Shown: in pieces, positions 61,819 to 64,000 of the stretch
Layout of the letters: each line of letters begins with the position of its first letter
Position numbering within the stretch: position 1 is the stretch's first letter
From: an uncultured Actinomycetota bacterium
GTDB lineage: Bacteria > Actinomycetota > Actinomycetes > Propionibacteriales > Nocardioidaceae
NCBI GenBank assembly: GCA_963787165.1
Contig: CAWBBT010000001.1
Location: 529,508-593,507, forward strand
Direction: 5' to 3'
DNA: 64,000 bases
Notes under the pieces: model-generated
The model's database searches: none
The model's input: the letters and a program-made list of their open reading frames with translations, nothing else
Told to the model about the DNA's origin: nothing
Position numbers and translations under genes: made by a program

Positions 61819-63249
61819 TCAGGCGATCAGGTCGAGGCGCGGACCGTCCGGAGCGTCGTCCGCCCGGCGCCCCTCGTAGGCCTTCGCCAGCCGGTGCACG
61901 GCATCCTCGAGCACCGCGGGAGCCTGCGTGTACGGCAGGCGCAGGTGCGCCTCGCCGGCGACAGGAGCGCCGGAGAAGAAGCGCGGACCGGGTGTGAGCA
62001 GCAAGCCGTGCTCACGGGCCGCCGCGACGAGCCGGGTGGAGTTGTGGTCGGGCAGACCCGCCCAGATCGAGAGGCCCCCGGCTGGGGGGCTGACCGCCAG
62101 GTCCGGCAGGTGGGTGGCGAGCAGGTCGACGAGGTGGTCGCGCTGCGTGCGGAAGCCGTTCAGCGCGCTGGTGAGCACGGGCTCAGGGTCTTGCAGCACC
62201 TCGGCGAACACGAGCTGCTCGAAGGCCGCGGTGCCGAGGTCGTGGGTCATCCGCGCCTGCACGAGCGGCATGACGAGGTCGCGTGGGGCCCGGATCCAGC
62301 CGACGCGCAGGCCACCCCAGAACGTCTTGGACGCCGAGTCCACCAGCATCGCGTCACGGTCGAACGTCCCGAAGGACGGCGGCAGCTCGATGCCGTCGAG
62401 GTTGACGTCGCGCTGCGACTCGTCGATGACGGCCAGGGTGCCCGCCCGCCGCATCGCCCGTGCCAGGGCCTCGCGGGCCGCCTCGGGCATCACCGCGGAC
62501 GTCGGGTTGTGGAAGTCCGGGATCAGGTAGGCGGCTCGGTGACGGCTCGAGGCGAGCATGTCGACCCCCGTCTCGACGTCCCACGGTCCGTGCTGCACCA
62601 CCGGAAGGGTGCTGAGCCGGGCTCCGGACGTCATGAACGCCTCGTGGGCGTGCGGGTAGCTGACCGCCTCGACCAGCACGCGATCGCCCTGCTCGACGAA
62701 CGTCCGGGCGATCAGGGACAGCGCGCCGAGCGCGCCACTCGTCACGATGATCTGGTCGGGTGACGTAGGGAGGCCCCGTTCCTCGTACCGCGCGGCCAGC
62801 ATCTCGCGCAGGACCGGCAGCCCGTCGGGAAGGTAGCCGGTCGTCGACAACAGGCCGGGAAGACGCGCGATGGCGTTCTCGAAGGCCCGGCCGAGGCCGG
62901 CCGGTGCGACCGGAGCCGCATACGTCATGGCGATCCCGGCGTCGTCCTCGGGCGTCACGATCAGGCTGCTGGCGCTCGACTCCGCGAACGGCACGCACAC
63001 GACGCTGCCCGAGCCGCGGCGCGAGAGCAGCAGCCCGGCGTCGCGCAGCTCGGCGTAGACGCGCGCCGTGGTGGTCCGGCTGAGACCTGTGGCGGCGGCC
63101 AGCTCGCGTTCGCTGGGCAGGCGCGCGCCGGCGGTGATCCGCCCGTCGACGATGAGCAGGCGGATCTGGTCGGCCAGGTCGCGGTAGGCGACGCCGACCG
63201 GCGGCACGAGGGCGGCCGCGAGCCGGTGCGCCGAGATCGCGACGCTCAT
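61819..63249 (-). CDS. MocR/GntR family PLP-dependent transcriptional regulator (YczR-like)
   Basis: wHTH RLPSERELA...SRTTTARVY..LR; aminotransferase domain PDFHNPT, SASKTFWGGLRVGW. Confidence 0.92.
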   Translation of the reverse strand: MSVAISAHRLAAALVPPVGVAYRDLADQIRLLIVDGRITAGARLPSERELAAATGLSRTTTARVYAELRDAGLLLSRRGSGSVVCVPFAESSASSLIVTPEDDAGIAMTYAAPVAPAGLGRAFENAIARLPGLLSTTGYLPDGLPVLREMLAARYEERGLPTSPDQIIVTSGALGALSLIARTFVEQGDRVLVEAVSYPHAHEAFMTSGARLSTLPVVQHGPWDVETGVDMLASSRHRAAYLIPDFHNPTSAVMPEAAREALARAMRRAGTLAVIDESQRDVNLDGIELPPSFGTFDRDAMLVDSASKTFWGGLRVGWIRAPRDLVMPLVQARMTHDLGTAAFEQLVFAEVLQDPEPVLTSALNGFRTQRDHLVDLLATHLPDLAVSPPAGGLSIWAGLPDHNSTRLVAAAREHGLLLTPGPRFFSGAPVAGEAHLRLPYTQAPAVLEDAVHRLAKAYEGRRADDAPDGPRLDLIA

Positions 63250-63262
63250 ACGGTCCTCTGCA

Positions 63263-63306
63263 TCATGATGTCCTCCGGACTTGAGTCATGATGTCCTCCG
63301 GACTTG
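63263..63306. repeat. Perfect 21-bp direct repeat (period 23) upstream of mocR
   Basis: TCATGATGTCCTCCGGACTTG at 63263-63283 and 63286-63306. On the minus strand each copy contains GGAGG-ACATC-ATG. Confidence 0.9.
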
Positions 63307-63317
63307 GGGGGCCATGA

Positions 63318-63357
63318 GGCCACTCTCTCACGATTGGCTATGTTCTTAAAGGCCAAT
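63318..63357. promoter_or_regulatory. Likely MocR/YczR operator in the divergent promoter
   Basis: ATTGGC-N13-GCCAAT (63333-63357) plus GGCCAC at 63318. Confidence 0.55.
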
Positions 63358-63358
63358 T

Positions 63359-63562
63359 GTGAGCGATCATGGAGTCATGGTCATCATGCTGATCGCGTTC
63401 GCGGCCCTCGCGGCGATCCTCGTCGCGCTGGCGCGCACGCTCGTGGCCGACGGCTACGGCGTGCGGCCACCTCCGCGCAGCCATCGCGCGGAGGAGGAGT
63501 TCGACTCCTGGGGGCTGCCGCTGCGTCACCTCGGACACGTCCCGTCTGGAATGCAGGGGTGA
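63359..63562 (+). CDS. Small single-TM protein preceding yczE
   Basis: TM segment followed by LVADGYGVRPPPRSH; GTGA overlap with the next gene. Confidence 0.65.
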   Translation: MSDHGVMVIMLIAFAALAAILVALARTLVADGYGVRPPPRSHRAEEEFDSWGLPLRHLGHVPSGMQG

Positions 63563-64000
63563 CGGCGACCTACGAGCCATCGAGCCTCGGCTCGATGGAG
63601 CAGCTGCGTGCCGGTCGCCTGCCGCGCCGCATCGTCCAGCTCGTGGTCGGCCTCGTGCTGTACGGCTTCACGATGGCCGTGATGGTGCGTGCCGACCTCG
63701 GCCTCGATCCATGGGACGTCTTCCACCAAGGTGTCGCGAAGCACCTGCCGCTCACGTTCGGCCAGGTCGTGATCGTGACGGGTGCGGTGGTGCTGCTGCT
63801 GTGGATCCCGCTGCGACAGGTGCCGGGGCTCGGCACCGTGCTCAACGTCGTGATCATCGGCCTCGCCGCCGATGCCGGGCTCGCCCTCGTGGAGCGTCCT
63901 GACGACCTCTGGCTGCGGGTCGTGCTGATGGTGGCCAGCGTGATCGGCAACGGCCTGGCCGGTGCGCTCTACATCGGAGCCCATCTCGGTCCCGGTCCGC
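63559..64000 (+). CDS. YczE/YyaS/YitT family membrane protein, 3'-partial
   Basis: LPRRIVQLVVGLVLYG...LGLDPWDVFHQG...PGLGTVLN. Confidence 0.88.
   Translation, partial: MTATYEPSSLGSMEQLRAGRLPRRIVQLVVGLVLYGFTMAVMVRADLGLDPWDVFHQGVAKHLPLTFGQVVIVTGAVVLLLWIPLRQVPGLGTVLNVVIIGLAADAGLALVERPDDLWLRVVLMVASVIGNGLAGALYIGAHLGPGP

Overview
High-GC actinobacterial chromosome segment. Gene content and order resemble Nocardioidaceae/Aeromicrobium (inference). No rRNA, tRNA, CRISPR array, integrase or transposase was recognised. Core genes, left to right: YbbN/CnoX-like chaperone; SDR + QueA-like pair behind a SoxR-type promoter; a diverged glgE; enoyl-CoA hydratase; a very large Scy/DivIVA-like coiled-coil gene apparently broken by two +1 frame switches; csoR; etfBA; an Opp/Dpp peptide ABC transporter; a LexA-controlled imuA-imuB-dnaE2 mutasome; an NrtR-controlled nadA-nadB-nadC-nifS operon; a NarL-type two-component system; iscS-mnmA-metE-like-ligA; gatCAB; an accessory block (DUF5995-like secreted protein, hydrolase, patatin, ATP-grasp, SatD-like + multi-TM partner); ilvD; osmC; an attenuated ilvBNC operon; a PrmC-like methyltransferase; cupin/HD-GYP-LuxR; and mocR/yczE. 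The best candidate for an undescribed system is the leaderless, apparently autoregulated SatD-like nucleotidyl-cyclase-fold/HTH gene translationally coupled to a membrane protein (51541-52925). Next are the SoxR-box-driven SDR/QueA-like operon, the frame-broken giant coiled-coil gene and nadA 5' end, and the ATGA-coupled mini-ORF relays. All family assignments come from motif recognition; no database search was run.
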